Shown here in pieces: positions 1 through 8,449 of a DNA stretch of 64,000 bases (the first letter of the stretch is position 1; the number at the start of each line of letters is the position of its first letter). The stretch lies in the NCBI GenBank assembly GCA_002688105.1, contig NZBQ01000044.1, positions 719-64,718 of the forward strand. The letters run 5' to 3'. Origin of the DNA: Dehalococcoidales bacterium. GTDB taxonomy: Bacteria; Chloroflexota; Dehalococcoidia; Dehalococcoidales; GCA-2688105. The notes beneath the pieces are model-generated. The model was not told the DNA's origin and did no database searches. It was given only the letters and a program-made list of their open reading frames with translations. The position numbers and the translations under genes were made by a program.

Positions 1-28
1 AGGGGCGAAGCCCCTCTAAAAAACTACC

Positions 29-57
29 TCCCCTTCCCCTTGCCAAGGGGAAGGGGA
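29..57. repeat. perfect 13-bp-stem GC-rich hairpin (tccccttcccctt / gcc / aaggggaagggga)
   Basis: Read directly. A second small hairpin, aggggcgaagcccct, lies at 1-15. The A/T run between them (16-26) gives a U-tract only on the minus-strand reading. Confidence 0.6.
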
Positions 58-71
58 TAAAGGGGATGGGG
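47..71 (+). other. canonical G-quadruplex-forming motif GGGG-AA-GGGG-ATAAA-GGGG-AT-GGGG
   Basis: Four G4 tracts at 47-50, 53-56, 62-65 and 68-71, with loops of 2, 5 and 2 nt. The first two tracts are also the 3' arm of the 29-57 hairpin. Confidence 0.5.
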
Positions 72-105
72 TTACTAACAAGAACTAAAGGGGTGAGGTT
101 AATAA

Positions 106-705
106 TTGAACATGACTGAAGAGCAGAGAGTTGGCGAGGTCATTGAGGCCTCTACCACCGATTTTGTGGCGCAGTGCTATGAGCTTTACCAGTCGCCGCC
201 TCTGGGCAGTCTGGTGAAGACCAGAGATGAGCCGGTAGAGCTGTATGGCATTGTCTATCATGCTGCTACCGCCGGCTTTGAGACGGGTCGGCGTCCCATT
301 GCCCGGGGCAAAGATGAAGCCACTGAGGAAGCAATCTACCAGTCAAGCCCCCAACTGTTAAAGCTGCTGAGAAGTGAATTCGGGGCTTTGGTGGTTGGGC
401 ACCGGCAAGGTGATAAATTATATCACTACCTGCCGCCTAAACCCGCCCGAATTCATGGTTTTGTTTACCTTTGCCAGCCGGATGAGGTAAAGGAGTTCAG
501 CCAGTCCTTGGCTTTCCTCAATATATTGATTAACACCCATCTGCCGGTTTCCACCGAAGAGCTTATTAGCGCCTGCCTGCGCCAGATGAGCCAGGTATAT
601 GAAGACCGTCACGCTTTCCTGGTGGCGGCAGGTAAGGAATTAGCCATATTTCTTAGCGGCCAGTTTAACCAGCTTAAGGCTATTCTGGAGAGGATTAAAC
701 AATGA
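106..705 (+). CDS. hypothetical protein with an N-terminal HAS-barrel-like segment; partner of the downstream HerA-like ATPase
   Basis: 199-aa ORF. SD ggggtgagg at 91-99. TTG at 106 or ATG at 112. Its stop overlaps the next start (ATGA at 702-705). The N-terminus (RVGEVIEASTTDFVAQCYE..LGSLVKT..LYGIVYHAAT) resembles the barrel at the HerA N-terminus. No NTPase motif. Confidence 0.6.
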   Translation: MNMTEEQRVGEVIEASTTDFVAQCYELYQSPPLGSLVKTRDEPVELYGIVYHAATAGFETGRRPIARGKDEATEEAIYQSSPQLLKLLRSEFGALVVGHRQGDKLYHYLPPKPARIHGFVYLCQPDEVKEFSQSLAFLNILINTHLPVSTEELISACLRQMSQVYEDRHAFLVAAGKELAIFLSGQFNQLKAILERIKQ

Positions 706-2312
706 GTGAGCATCTGGGTATTGTCGTTTCTGGTTCGTTAAGTAAAGGGGTGGAGGTCAGGCTGGACAGCTCAGCCTCGGTGGAGGATATGGCGGGGGGA
801 CGCTATGTAACCATTGAGGGGAAGAAGCAGCGTTTCTTTGGCATGATAACCGATGTCAACCTGGAGGTAATTGACCCGAAGCTCACCCTTACCCCGCCTG
901 ATATGGCTGACCCATTTATCGCTGAGGTGTTAGACGGCACCAGCACCTATGGCACGCTCCATATCTTGCCTATGCTCACCATTGGTGGTGAGGCTACCGG
1001 ACTGATTGAAGGACCGCAGCCGGTTAAGACAGTTCCCAGCCACTTCTCAACGGTAAACCTGGCTTCAGACAGTGATATAGAGTTAGTCTTTGGCAAAGAG
1101 GATAAGGGAAGATTCTGGATTGGTAATCCTCTGGATATGGAGACAAAGATTTGTCTTAACCTGACTGAATTGGTTAAGCGGTCTAATGGCATCTTTGGCA
1201 AGAGCGGCACCGGAAAAACCTTTCTCACCAGAATTCTGCTTATTGGCATGCTGCAGAAGAGCCAGGCGGTAAACTTAATCTTTGATATGCATAATGAATA
1301 TGGCTGGGCGGGAACTAGGGAGGGAGCCCCGCCGGTAAAAGCCTTAAAGCAGCTTTTCCCGTCCAGTGTGGCGGTGTTTGCCCTTGATGAAGAAAACTCA
1401 AGGCGTCGGGGAGTGAGCACTGACTTTGTGGTCAGAATTGGCTATGACGAGATAGAGCCGGAAGACATGGTCTTACTTCGCCAGACTTTAAATCTTACTG
1501 AACCTGCCGTTGAAGCTGTCTATCAGATGCGCCGGAAGTTTGGTAAGAACTGGTTACAGCGTACACTTGACATAAAAGATGCTGAAGAGACCAGAGATTT
1601 GCTAAAAGACATGAACATACACGAGAGCACCTTTCAGAATCTGCAGAGGGGACTGGCAACCATCAGGCGGCTTCCTTTCATAGAGCCTCATGCTCCAGTT
1701 AACGCTGTGATAAGTATTCTTGAACATCTGGACCGGGGTATGAATGTGGTTCTGGAGTTTGGTAGATACAGGGATGTTACCTCTTATGTTCTGGTGGCTA
1801 ATATGCTCGCTCGTCGTATCTATGCTCAGTATCAGGAGAGAATGGAAAAGGCGATGGGTGAGGATACTGCCAAGCCTACGCCACTGGTAATAACTATTGA
1901 AGAGGCACATAAGTTTCTTAACCCGGAAGTAGCCAGTAATACCATATTTGGCACCATCGCCCGTGAGATGCGCAAATATAATGTTACCCTGCTGGTAATT
2001 GACCAGCGACCCAGTGGCATTGATGGTGAGGTTATGTCCCAGCTTGGAACCAAAATAACCTGCCTGTTGGATAACGAGCGGGATATTGATAGCGTCCTGG
2101 CTGGAGCATCGGGTAAGAGTGAACTCAAGACAGTCTTGTCCAAGCTGGAGTCCAAGCAACAAACCCTCATCTTCGGTCACGCTGTGCCTATGCCGGTGGT
2201 AGTCAGAACCCGTGAGTATGGTTCGGCTGAGTCTTATCGTGATTTTGCCCCTGGCCAAGAGACAGATATTGGCAAACGGGCAGAAAAGGACATTGAGGAG
2301 CTGTGGGAATAG
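702..2312 (+). CDS. HerA/FtsK-clade (DUF87-type) P-loop ATPase
   Basis: 536 aa. N-terminal barrel-like region (LGIVVSGSLSKGVEVRLD..GRYVTIEG..RFFGMITDV). Walker A is GIFGKSGTGKTFL. Walker B-like is PLVITIEEAHKFL. Also VTLLVIDQRPSGID. Confidence 0.8.
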   Translation: MSEHLGIVVSGSLSKGVEVRLDSSASVEDMAGGRYVTIEGKKQRFFGMITDVNLEVIDPKLTLTPPDMADPFIAEVLDGTSTYGTLHILPMLTIGGEATGLIEGPQPVKTVPSHFSTVNLASDSDIELVFGKEDKGRFWIGNPLDMETKICLNLTELVKRSNGIFGKSGTGKTFLTRILLIGMLQKSQAVNLIFDMHNEYGWAGTREGAPPVKALKQLFPSSVAVFALDEENSRRRGVSTDFVVRIGYDEIEPEDMVLLRQTLNLTEPAVEAVYQMRRKFGKNWLQRTLDIKDAEETRDLLKDMNIHESTFQNLQRGLATIRRLPFIEPHAPVNAVISILEHLDRGMNVVLEFGRYRDVTSYVLVANMLARRIYAQYQERMEKAMGEDTAKPTPLVITIEEAHKFLNPEVASNTIFGTIAREMRKYNVTLLVIDQRPSGIDGEVMSQLGTKITCLLDNERDIDSVLAGASGKSELKTVLSKLESKQQTLIFGHAVPMPVVVRTREYGSAESYRDFAPGQETDIGKRAEKDIEELWE

Positions 2313-2314
2313 AA

Positions 2315-3142
2315 ATGTCAGCTAAATCGAGGAAGAAAAAGGTTGGTTTGGCGTTGAGTAGTGGTGCCGCCCGGGGTTGGGCTCATATTGGAGTGCTGGG
2401 AGTCCTGGAAAAAGAAGACATTCCTATTGATATGATTGCGGGCACCAGTGCCGGTGCTTTAATCGGTGCCCTTTATGCGGGGGGGAAAGACGCTGATCAG
2501 TTAAAAAAACTGACAATGGCAATAGACAGGAAGACGGTGGCCTCTCTGACCGACCCTACCCTGCCCAAAACTGGTTTCTTTGAGGGGAAGAAGATTAAGG
2601 ATTGGATGAGGTCAATTATCGACAAGGTAGAGTTTAGAGATTTAAGAATGCCTTTTGCATGTGTAGCTACTGATATACAGACTGGTGAAGAGGTAGTAAT
2701 TAAACAGGGCTCGGTGGTGGAAGGGGTGAGAGCCAGTTCTTCTGCCCCGGTAATATTCTCTATAGTTAAATGGCAAGGCAGATATCTGGTTGATGGTGGT
2801 TTGGTAAACCCGGTGCCGGTGAGTGTTCTTAAAGATATGGGGGCAGACTTCATCATCGCCGTGAATGTAGTACCCAGTGTGAGCGATAGGGTTAATGGAG
2901 GTAACAAAGAGCCAATTGAAGATTTCAAAGAGCCTAATATCTTCAGTATTATCTTGCGGGCGATTTGTATTGCCGGCTATCAGGCGGTGCAGACCAGCCT
3001 TAACGGAGCTGATGTAGTCATTAAACCCCAGGTAGCCCATATTGGCTTTGTTGATATGCACCGAGCTCGAGAGTGTATTAAACAGGGTGAACTAGCTGCC
3101 GCGGCCTCTATTCGTGAAATAAAAAGACAATTAGGCACCTGA
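2315..3142 (+). CDS. patatin-like phospholipase (RssA/YlbK-like)
   Basis: Oxyanion motif SSGAARG, nucleophile elbow GTSAG and catalytic Asp motif VDGGLVNPVP are all present. ATG at 2315 lies 2 nt after the HerA stop. An alternative GTG at 2303 would overlap HerA by 10 nt. Confidence 0.85.
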   Translation: MSAKSRKKKVGLALSSGAARGWAHIGVLGVLEKEDIPIDMIAGTSAGALIGALYAGGKDADQLKKLTMAIDRKTVASLTDPTLPKTGFFEGKKIKDWMRSIIDKVEFRDLRMPFACVATDIQTGEEVVIKQGSVVEGVRASSSAPVIFSIVKWQGRYLVDGGLVNPVPVSVLKDMGADFIIAVNVVPSVSDRVNGGNKEPIEDFKEPNIFSIILRAICIAGYQAVQTSLNGADVVIKPQVAHIGFVDMHRARECIKQGELAAAASIREIKRQLGT

Positions 3143-3172
3143 AGTTTTCAGCTTCCCTCAAGTTAATGAGTG

Positions 3173-4009
3173 TTATATTGGCCAGTCAAAAATACCGAGC
3201 ATTCCAAGCCCGGCGCCAAGCATTCTGAGCCCCATAAGGAACATTAAAGCGACAAATATATATTCTATTTTTTTAGCGGGTAGCCGGTGGGCAGTGATAG
3301 CTCCGACCTGCACCATGCCGATACTGGTAGCTGACAACATGAGCCAGGTGGGTAGGTGAACATAGCCTATAGAATAAGCGGGCAGATCGGGGATACCGAG
3401 GCCGTTCATAATGTAGCCGATAACACCGCCGATGCTGGAAAATATCATTATAGCTAATGATGTAGCTACCGCGCTATGTATCTTGAATCTGAGTGCCAGT
3501 ACTAATATGGGCACCAACAATATGCCACCACCAAGACCTGTAATGCCAGTTACGAAACCCACCGGGATAGCCCAGGCAACCCACAGCCAGGGGTTATCCC
3601 TGGGCTCTTGCTCAACCTCGGGCAGCTTGGCAGTGAGCATCCTGATGCCGGTAGTCAAGATTATGATACCAAAGGCTATCTTAAGCCCCGCTCCGGAGAG
3701 GTTAGTAGCTAGAGTAGCCGCACCAAAGGCAACTATAGCAGTGCAGACACCCATGATAATGGCTGCTTTCCACCACACTGCTCCCTTCCGATGGTGTCTC
3801 CAGGCGCCACTGATGGCAGTTGGCAAGACAACCAGCAAGCTGGTGCCGAATGCCAGCTTTATAGTTATATCTTCAGCAACACCCATAGCCGTATATACCA
3901 TGTCCTGAACCGGGGTCATGATGACTCCGCCACCTACACCTAGAAGACCACCAAAAAAGCCGCTAACTGTACCGGTTGCCAGCAGAATAATGATATGGAC
4001 TATTGCCAT
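3173..4009 (-). CDS. TauE/SafE family sulfite/anion exporter (polytopic membrane protein)
   Basis: 278 aa and highly hydrophobic. Duplicated GGG-containing helices (GVGGGVIMTP, GLGGGILLVP) are typical of TauE/SafE. Confidence 0.75.
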   Translation of the reverse strand: MAIVHIIILLATGTVSGFFGGLLGVGGGVIMTPVQDMVYTAMGVAEDITIKLAFGTSLLVVLPTAISGAWRHHRKGAVWWKAAIIMGVCTAIVAFGAATLATNLSGAGLKIAFGIIILTTGIRMLTAKLPEVEQEPRDNPWLWVAWAIPVGFVTGITGLGGGILLVPILVLALRFKIHSAVATSLAIMIFSSIGGVIGYIMNGLGIPDLPAYSIGYVHLPTWLMLSATSIGMVQVGAITAHRLPAKKIEYIFVALMFLMGLRMLGAGLGMLGIFDWPI

Positions 4010-4113
4010 CTGGTTATTTCCCCTTGAGAATATCGGTTACTGGTTAGTTATTACCCCTCTTTTGCCTGCTAATCTCAAGATCAGCGTCACGGATATTGAT
4101 ACACCAGGACAAA

Positions 4114-4142
4114 TTGCGAATAAGCCCCTTTGTTGTTATAAT
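4114..4142 (+). promoter_or_regulatory. sigma70-type promoter for tRNA-Ala
   Basis: -35 TTGCGA (4114-4119), 17-nt spacer, -10 TATAAT (4137-4142). This lies 13 nt upstream of the mature tRNA 5' end. Confidence 0.5.
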
Positions 4143-4155
4143 GGCTTTAATCAAT

Positions 4156-4231
4156 GGGGCTGTAGCTCAGCTGGGAGAGCGCCTCCTTTGCACGGAGGAG
4201 GTCAGGGGTTCGAGTCCCCTCAGCTCCACCA
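4156..4231 (+). tRNA. tRNA-Ala (anticodon UGC), CCA encoded
   Basis: Cloverleaf read by hand. Acceptor GGGGCTG/CAGCTCC includes the G3:U70 Ala identity pair. D arm is GCTC/GAGC. Anticodon stem is CCTCC/GGAGG with loop TTTGCAC. T arm is AGGGG-TTCGAGT-CCCCT. Ends in ACCA. Confidence 0.95.
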
Positions 4232-4307
4232 AAGGAGATTTTTCCACACTCTGGTGTGGAAGCCTTCCTTGAGTTATCTATTGCTAGTCTTTGCTGAGGT
4301 TAGAATA

Positions 4308-4351
4308 CTGGTAACTCCAACTCTATAAGTGGTATCCTTTGTGGGGGCAGG
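4308..4351. repeat. left copy of a 44-bp inverted repeat (partner at 10496-10539)
   Basis: ctggtaactccaactctataagtggtatcctttgtgggggcagg. The reverse complement of the partner matches at 41 of 44 positions. Similarity stops abruptly on both sides. Confidence 0.85.
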
Positions 4352-4717
4352 TTACAACGGCCGGTTTCTGATGTAGAGGTTGTCGTACTTGCCAAAGCAC
4401 TAAAGGTGTCTCCATTATCACTTCTGCAAGAGAATGGGACTTCGCGCATGCCCAAATCCTCCGATGAAAATAGTGCAAACTGACCCCGACCTTTGAGTTT
4501 GGACCTGATATGCGAGATTGTAACAGACGGCACTTAGACTGTTTCAATTGCCTGCAGACATCCCCTTTGAAAACAATGCAAGTTGGATTATCTATTTCAC
4601 CCACATCAGCCTTCGATAAGATAATAAATCTCTGTTCGCCCAATCCCCCATTTGTTTAATCTGCCCATATTGAACATTAAGATGAAATGTGCAGTGAATC
4701 ATAATTTGGCTTATTGT

Positions 4718-5545
4718 TTAGTTGGTCTCGGCGCTTATTATTTCTTTAATCGCTTTATTCCAGCCCTCAGGACCTACTCCGTAGACTTTGCATAAACGAG
4801 GCAAACTTATACCCTCCCAGGTGCGGTCCTTCTTTTGAACTAAGACAGGTATATCAACTACGGAAAGCATGGGCAAATCATTCATACTATCGCCAAGACC
4901 AACGGTCTTTATTTTACCCCACAGCCTGCGATATAAATCGCTCAAAATGATGACAGCTTTGCCCTTATCATTGGCTCCCATGACATCGTGAAAATGCCCG
5001 CCATGAGCATGATTGAGGCCAGCCCGTTTAATCTCCTCCAAAGCCCTGTCCACTTCCTCACCGGTGACATCAAACTTTACCGTTTCATCGTATTCTCTCT
5101 GCTTAGCCAATCCAGCCAATTCTATATCCAGGCCGGTCTCTTCTGCTACCTCTTCCACACTCATATCACCAAAGCCTCTAAAATGAAAGTTGCCCTCTTT
5201 TTTAACCTTACCCAGCAATTGCCTTATCCTCTCGTAAGGAGTGCCCAGTTCAATTACCGAGAAATCTCCTATAATTCTATGATAATCAAAAGGGAAAGGA
5301 AAATAATCGTGGGGGATAAAAATAGCGCCCCCGTTTTCCACTATAAAAGGGTGAGAAACTGCCAGTTTGCGTTGATATACTTCCTGCTCTGCCCTGGTTT
5401 TGGCCGAGCAGAATACAAGAGGTATTTCCGTCTGTCGCAAATACTCTATGGACGGCAAAACCCTATCATATGAATACGTAACGCGGTCAAGCAGTGTGCC
5501 ATCCAGGTCAGTGAAAATAACTATCTTCGGTCGATTCTGTGTCAT
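4718..5545 (-). CDS. mpgP: mannosyl-3-phosphoglycerate phosphatase (HAD-IIB)
   Basis: 275 aa. HAD motif I is IVIFTDLDGTLLD. Motif IV is GLGDSMNDLPML. Lies in an operon with MPGS. Confidence 0.85.
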   Translation of the reverse strand: MTQNRPKIVIFTDLDGTLLDRVTYSYDRVLPSIEYLRQTEIPLVFCSAKTRAEQEVYQRKLAVSHPFIVENGGAIFIPHDYFPFPFDYHRIIGDFSVIELGTPYERIRQLLGKVKKEGNFHFRGFGDMSVEEVAEETGLDIELAGLAKQREYDETVKFDVTGEEVDRALEEIKRAGLNHAHGGHFHDVMGANDKGKAVIILSDLYRRLWGKIKTVGLGDSMNDLPMLSVVDIPVLVQKKDRTWEGISLPRLCKVYGVGPEGWNKAIKEIISAETN

Positions 5546-5600
5546 AGTATAATCCTAGCAACCAAGAATTCGAATGTTTGACCTTCAATCAATCTTGGCC

Positions 5601-7277
5601 TTAACTGAGGAGCATTTCTATTTTCGTCCTCTCGGCTTCGTTTAGCAGGTCACACTCATAGGCTATTGAGTCAAGGAAGAGTTGGACATGATCTTGGGGT
5701 TTCCACATTTCCGGGTCACCGTAGCGGTAACCATAGCGAGAAGAACTGCCCAGTTTCTCCTCTAGGCTAGCCTCGGCAGAGTAACCACGCTGCTTTGCTA
5801 GCTCCGGGCTAAAGCCATGCCGCTCTGCCAGTGCGTCAAAAAGGTCATGAATTCCGGCACCGTGTTGGGCAGCCTCTTTAGGGCGCATTGCCCACTGAGG
5901 TGATATACCCTCTTCAACCGATAACTCTCGGTGAATATGTTTGTCCGGAGAATTGTTACCAGAAAATACCTTGAACTCTGGCGCAATACCCATGGCGACG
6001 CTGATAACCTGCGGGTCCAAGTAAGGGACTCTCAACTCGATACTGTGCGCCATAGCGATCTTGTCCTCCCGCTCCAGCGTTTCCTTATAAAGGTGCAACA
6101 AGTCATCCTTCATCCGGAACTGGAACTGTGCATAGCCTTCTTTTTCCACTATTGTTCGATACCATGGGTACCCCCCGAAAAGCTCGTCAGCACCCTGACC
6201 AGTGAGCAGTACCAGCTGGTTGTCCTGGTATGCTGCCCGGACGGCAGCAAACACTGGTACGGCAACTTCTATCTGTCCTAGACTGCGGTCCTCTATGACA
6301 TGGATAATCTTAGGTATTAATTTAAAGACATCATCCTCCGTCAATTTCACGGTTCTCAGCTCCAGCCCCATCTCTCGAGCAATGGCAGCGGCGGATTGTA
6401 AGTCAGATGAACCAGTATGACCAGCGGTGTAACAGGTTATGTTGGCTCCCAGATGCCTGGCTACCTGAGCTATAAGCAGACTATCAATGCCACCGGAGAA
6501 TATAATACCTATCCGCTCCTGATTCTGAATGCGTTTGGCCACGGCTGCTTCAAGGGCTTGACGATAAGCTCTTACTGCTTCCGCTTGATCAGCAATTGAC
6601 ACATGGTCCGGAACGAGCTCAGCCGGGTCATGGTACCGAGACATGATTCCAGCAGGATAGATGGCGAGGAATTGCCCAGGGAGAAGGCGCTGGATTCTCC
6701 TCTCAATTCCTATGGCCCAAAGTGATTTCTTTTCCGAGGCGAAGGCAAAAAGATGGTCTTTCTGCCCAACATAGAGCTGCCTCACGCCAATGGGGTCGCG
6801 GGTGATAATAACACCCTGCCCGTCAGTGGCTGCCACCGCATACACCCCGTCACACTGGCTCAAGGCCTTTTCAGTAGCCAAGGTAAGATCATCAATATAG
6901 TGGTCGGCAATGAGATGGGCTAACACCTCACTATCGGTGCGGGAGGTAAAGGTATATTTACCTTCTAAATGTGGCCTCAGCTCTGTGTAATTATAAATCT
7001 CGCCGTTATGCAACACGGTCACGCGTCCATTACCGCCGATGAAGGGCTGAGTGCCTACCGGCCCACCAACCACGGCTAGGCGGGTATGTCCCAGAGCAAT
7101 AGGTCCATGTGCCCGCTCCCAATCCAGGCTAGCCACATCATTGCCCCGGCTTATGCTATTACCTACGACATAGCCGGCTCCATTCGGTCCCCTGTGATGC
7201 ATCACTTCAAGCATTGTTCGAAGCTCAGGGCCAACATCAGTCTTTTCCCTAGACACGACACCAGCAATTCCACACAT
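5601..7277 (-). CDS. asnB: glutamine-hydrolysing asparagine synthase family amidotransferase (AsnB-type)
   Basis: 558 aa. N-terminal nucleophile MCGIAGV (class II GATase). PP-loop SGGIDSLLIA in the synthetase domain. The physiological substrate cannot be inferred from sequence. Confidence 0.85.
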   Translation of the reverse strand: MCGIAGVVSREKTDVGPELRTMLEVMHHRGPNGAGYVVGNSISRGNDVASLDWERAHGPIALGHTRLAVVGGPVGTQPFIGGNGRVTVLHNGEIYNYTELRPHLEGKYTFTSRTDSEVLAHLIADHYIDDLTLATEKALSQCDGVYAVAATDGQGVIITRDPIGVRQLYVGQKDHLFAFASEKKSLWAIGIERRIQRLLPGQFLAIYPAGIMSRYHDPAELVPDHVSIADQAEAVRAYRQALEAAVAKRIQNQERIGIIFSGGIDSLLIAQVARHLGANITCYTAGHTGSSDLQSAAAIAREMGLELRTVKLTEDDVFKLIPKIIHVIEDRSLGQIEVAVPVFAAVRAAYQDNQLVLLTGQGADELFGGYPWYRTIVEKEGYAQFQFRMKDDLLHLYKETLEREDKIAMAHSIELRVPYLDPQVISVAMGIAPEFKVFSGNNSPDKHIHRELSVEEGISPQWAMRPKEAAQHGAGIHDLFDALAERHGFSPELAKQRGYSAEASLEEKLGSSSRYGYRYGDPEMWKPQDHVQLFLDSIAYECDLLNEAERTKIEMLLS

Positions 7278-7381
7278 ACCTGATTATCTCCTCATCTGAA
7301 GAATAATTCCCATTTTCTCGTAACTTTTATTTCCTCCGGGTTTTCCAAAACTCTTGTCACATCGTTCCCCTAGAACATCAC

Positions 7382-8449
7382 TCAGCCAAGATAAGTGTCC
7401 GGTTCAACTCTGGTGGCATTAGCCATCTTTAATCCCGACTCTACTCGCACATTATCCCCCAGAACACAGCCTTCAGGGATATGGCATTTCTCTTGAATAT
7501 TGCTGCCAGTGCCAACAACACAGTTATTGAGTTCTGCCATTTTCCCTACACTCACCCCATCCCACAATACACCACCTTCGACAATGGCCCCATTGTCAAC
7601 CCTGCACCTCGGCCCAAATACTGCAGGCCCTTTTATCTTTGCGTCTTCAGCAATAGCACACCCTTCGGCGATTAGAACCGGCCCTTCAATCTCGGCCGCA
7701 GGATGAATTTGGCTCTCTCCTTCGGTCCGGATATATTCATCACCATATCGCAGAAGAAGGTCATGGTGCACCTGCAGGTATTTCTCAGGCGTGCCGATAT
7801 CAATCCAGTAAGCATTGGAAGGGTAGCTCAAGATAGGCTCACCCAAATCAAGAAGTCGCGGAAAAAGGTAATTCTCAAACATACAGGGTACTGATGCTGG
7901 GATATGTGCCAGAACCTCAGTCTCCAGAATGTATATGCCAGCATTTATCATATTAGTGGTGACTTCGTCCCAGCTTGGCTTCTCCACAAAATGCTTCACC
8001 ATGCCCCGGGCATCAGTCTCCACCACGCCATAAATAGTAGGATTATCTACCGGTGTCAGCGCTATGCTGGCTTTCGGCTTAATCTCCTGGTGCCGCCTCA
8101 TTATAGCCGTCAAGTCTATCTCGGTCAGGATGTCACCATTGAAGACGATAAACGGTTCATCTAACAACGACTCAGCATTCTTCACTGCTCCCGCCGTTCC
8201 CAGCAGCGACTCCTCCACCATATAGGTCATCCGAACCCCAAATTCAGCACCATCGCCCAAACGGCTTTGGATAGGATCAGGTAGATAACCCATGGCAAGA
8301 ATAATATCTCTTACGCCGTGTTTCTCCAGATAACGTACCAGATGCTCCAGAAAAGGCCGATTCAGGATGGGTACCATTGCTTTGGGTATATTGCAGGTCA
8401 GCGGGCGTAGCCTTGTCCCTTCCCCACCAACAAGAATGACCGCTTTCAT
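7382..8449 (-). CDS. manC: mannose-1-phosphate guanylyltransferase-type NDP-sugar pyrophosphorylase with C-terminal LbH domain
   Basis: 355 aa. N-terminal KAVILVGGEGTRLRPLT. C-terminal hexapeptide-repeat region. Its start overlaps the mpgS stop by 4 nt. Confidence 0.8.
   Translation of the reverse strand: MKAVILVGGEGTRLRPLTCNIPKAMVPILNRPFLEHLVRYLEKHGVRDIILAMGYLPDPIQSRLGDGAEFGVRMTYMVEESLLGTAGAVKNAESLLDEPFIVFNGDILTEIDLTAIMRRHQEIKPKASIALTPVDNPTIYGVVETDARGMVKHFVEKPSWDEVTTNMINAGIYILETEVLAHIPASVPCMFENYLFPRLLDLGEPILSYPSNAYWIDIGTPEKYLQVHHDLLLRYGDEYIRTEGESQIHPAAEIEGPVLIAEGCAIAEDAKIKGPAVFGPRCRVDNGAIVEGGVLWDGVSVGKMAELNNCVVGTGSNIQEKCHIPEGCVLGDNVRVESGLKMANATRVEPDTYLG

Noticed and set aside
3918-4328. 136-aa plus-strand ORF spanning the TauE start region and the tRNA-Ala gene.
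   Set aside because: It reads straight through a canonical tRNA and its promoter, so it is an artefact of an open frame.
4300-4643. Minus-strand ORFs of 77 and 106 aa between tRNA-Ala and mpgP; also the 76-aa ORF at 10410-10640.
   Set aside because: They are Cys/Arg/His-rich, lack an SD, and have no family resemblance. Only the 14-codon LPPQRIPLIELELP segment is conserved, and that is reported as a repeat rather than as genes.
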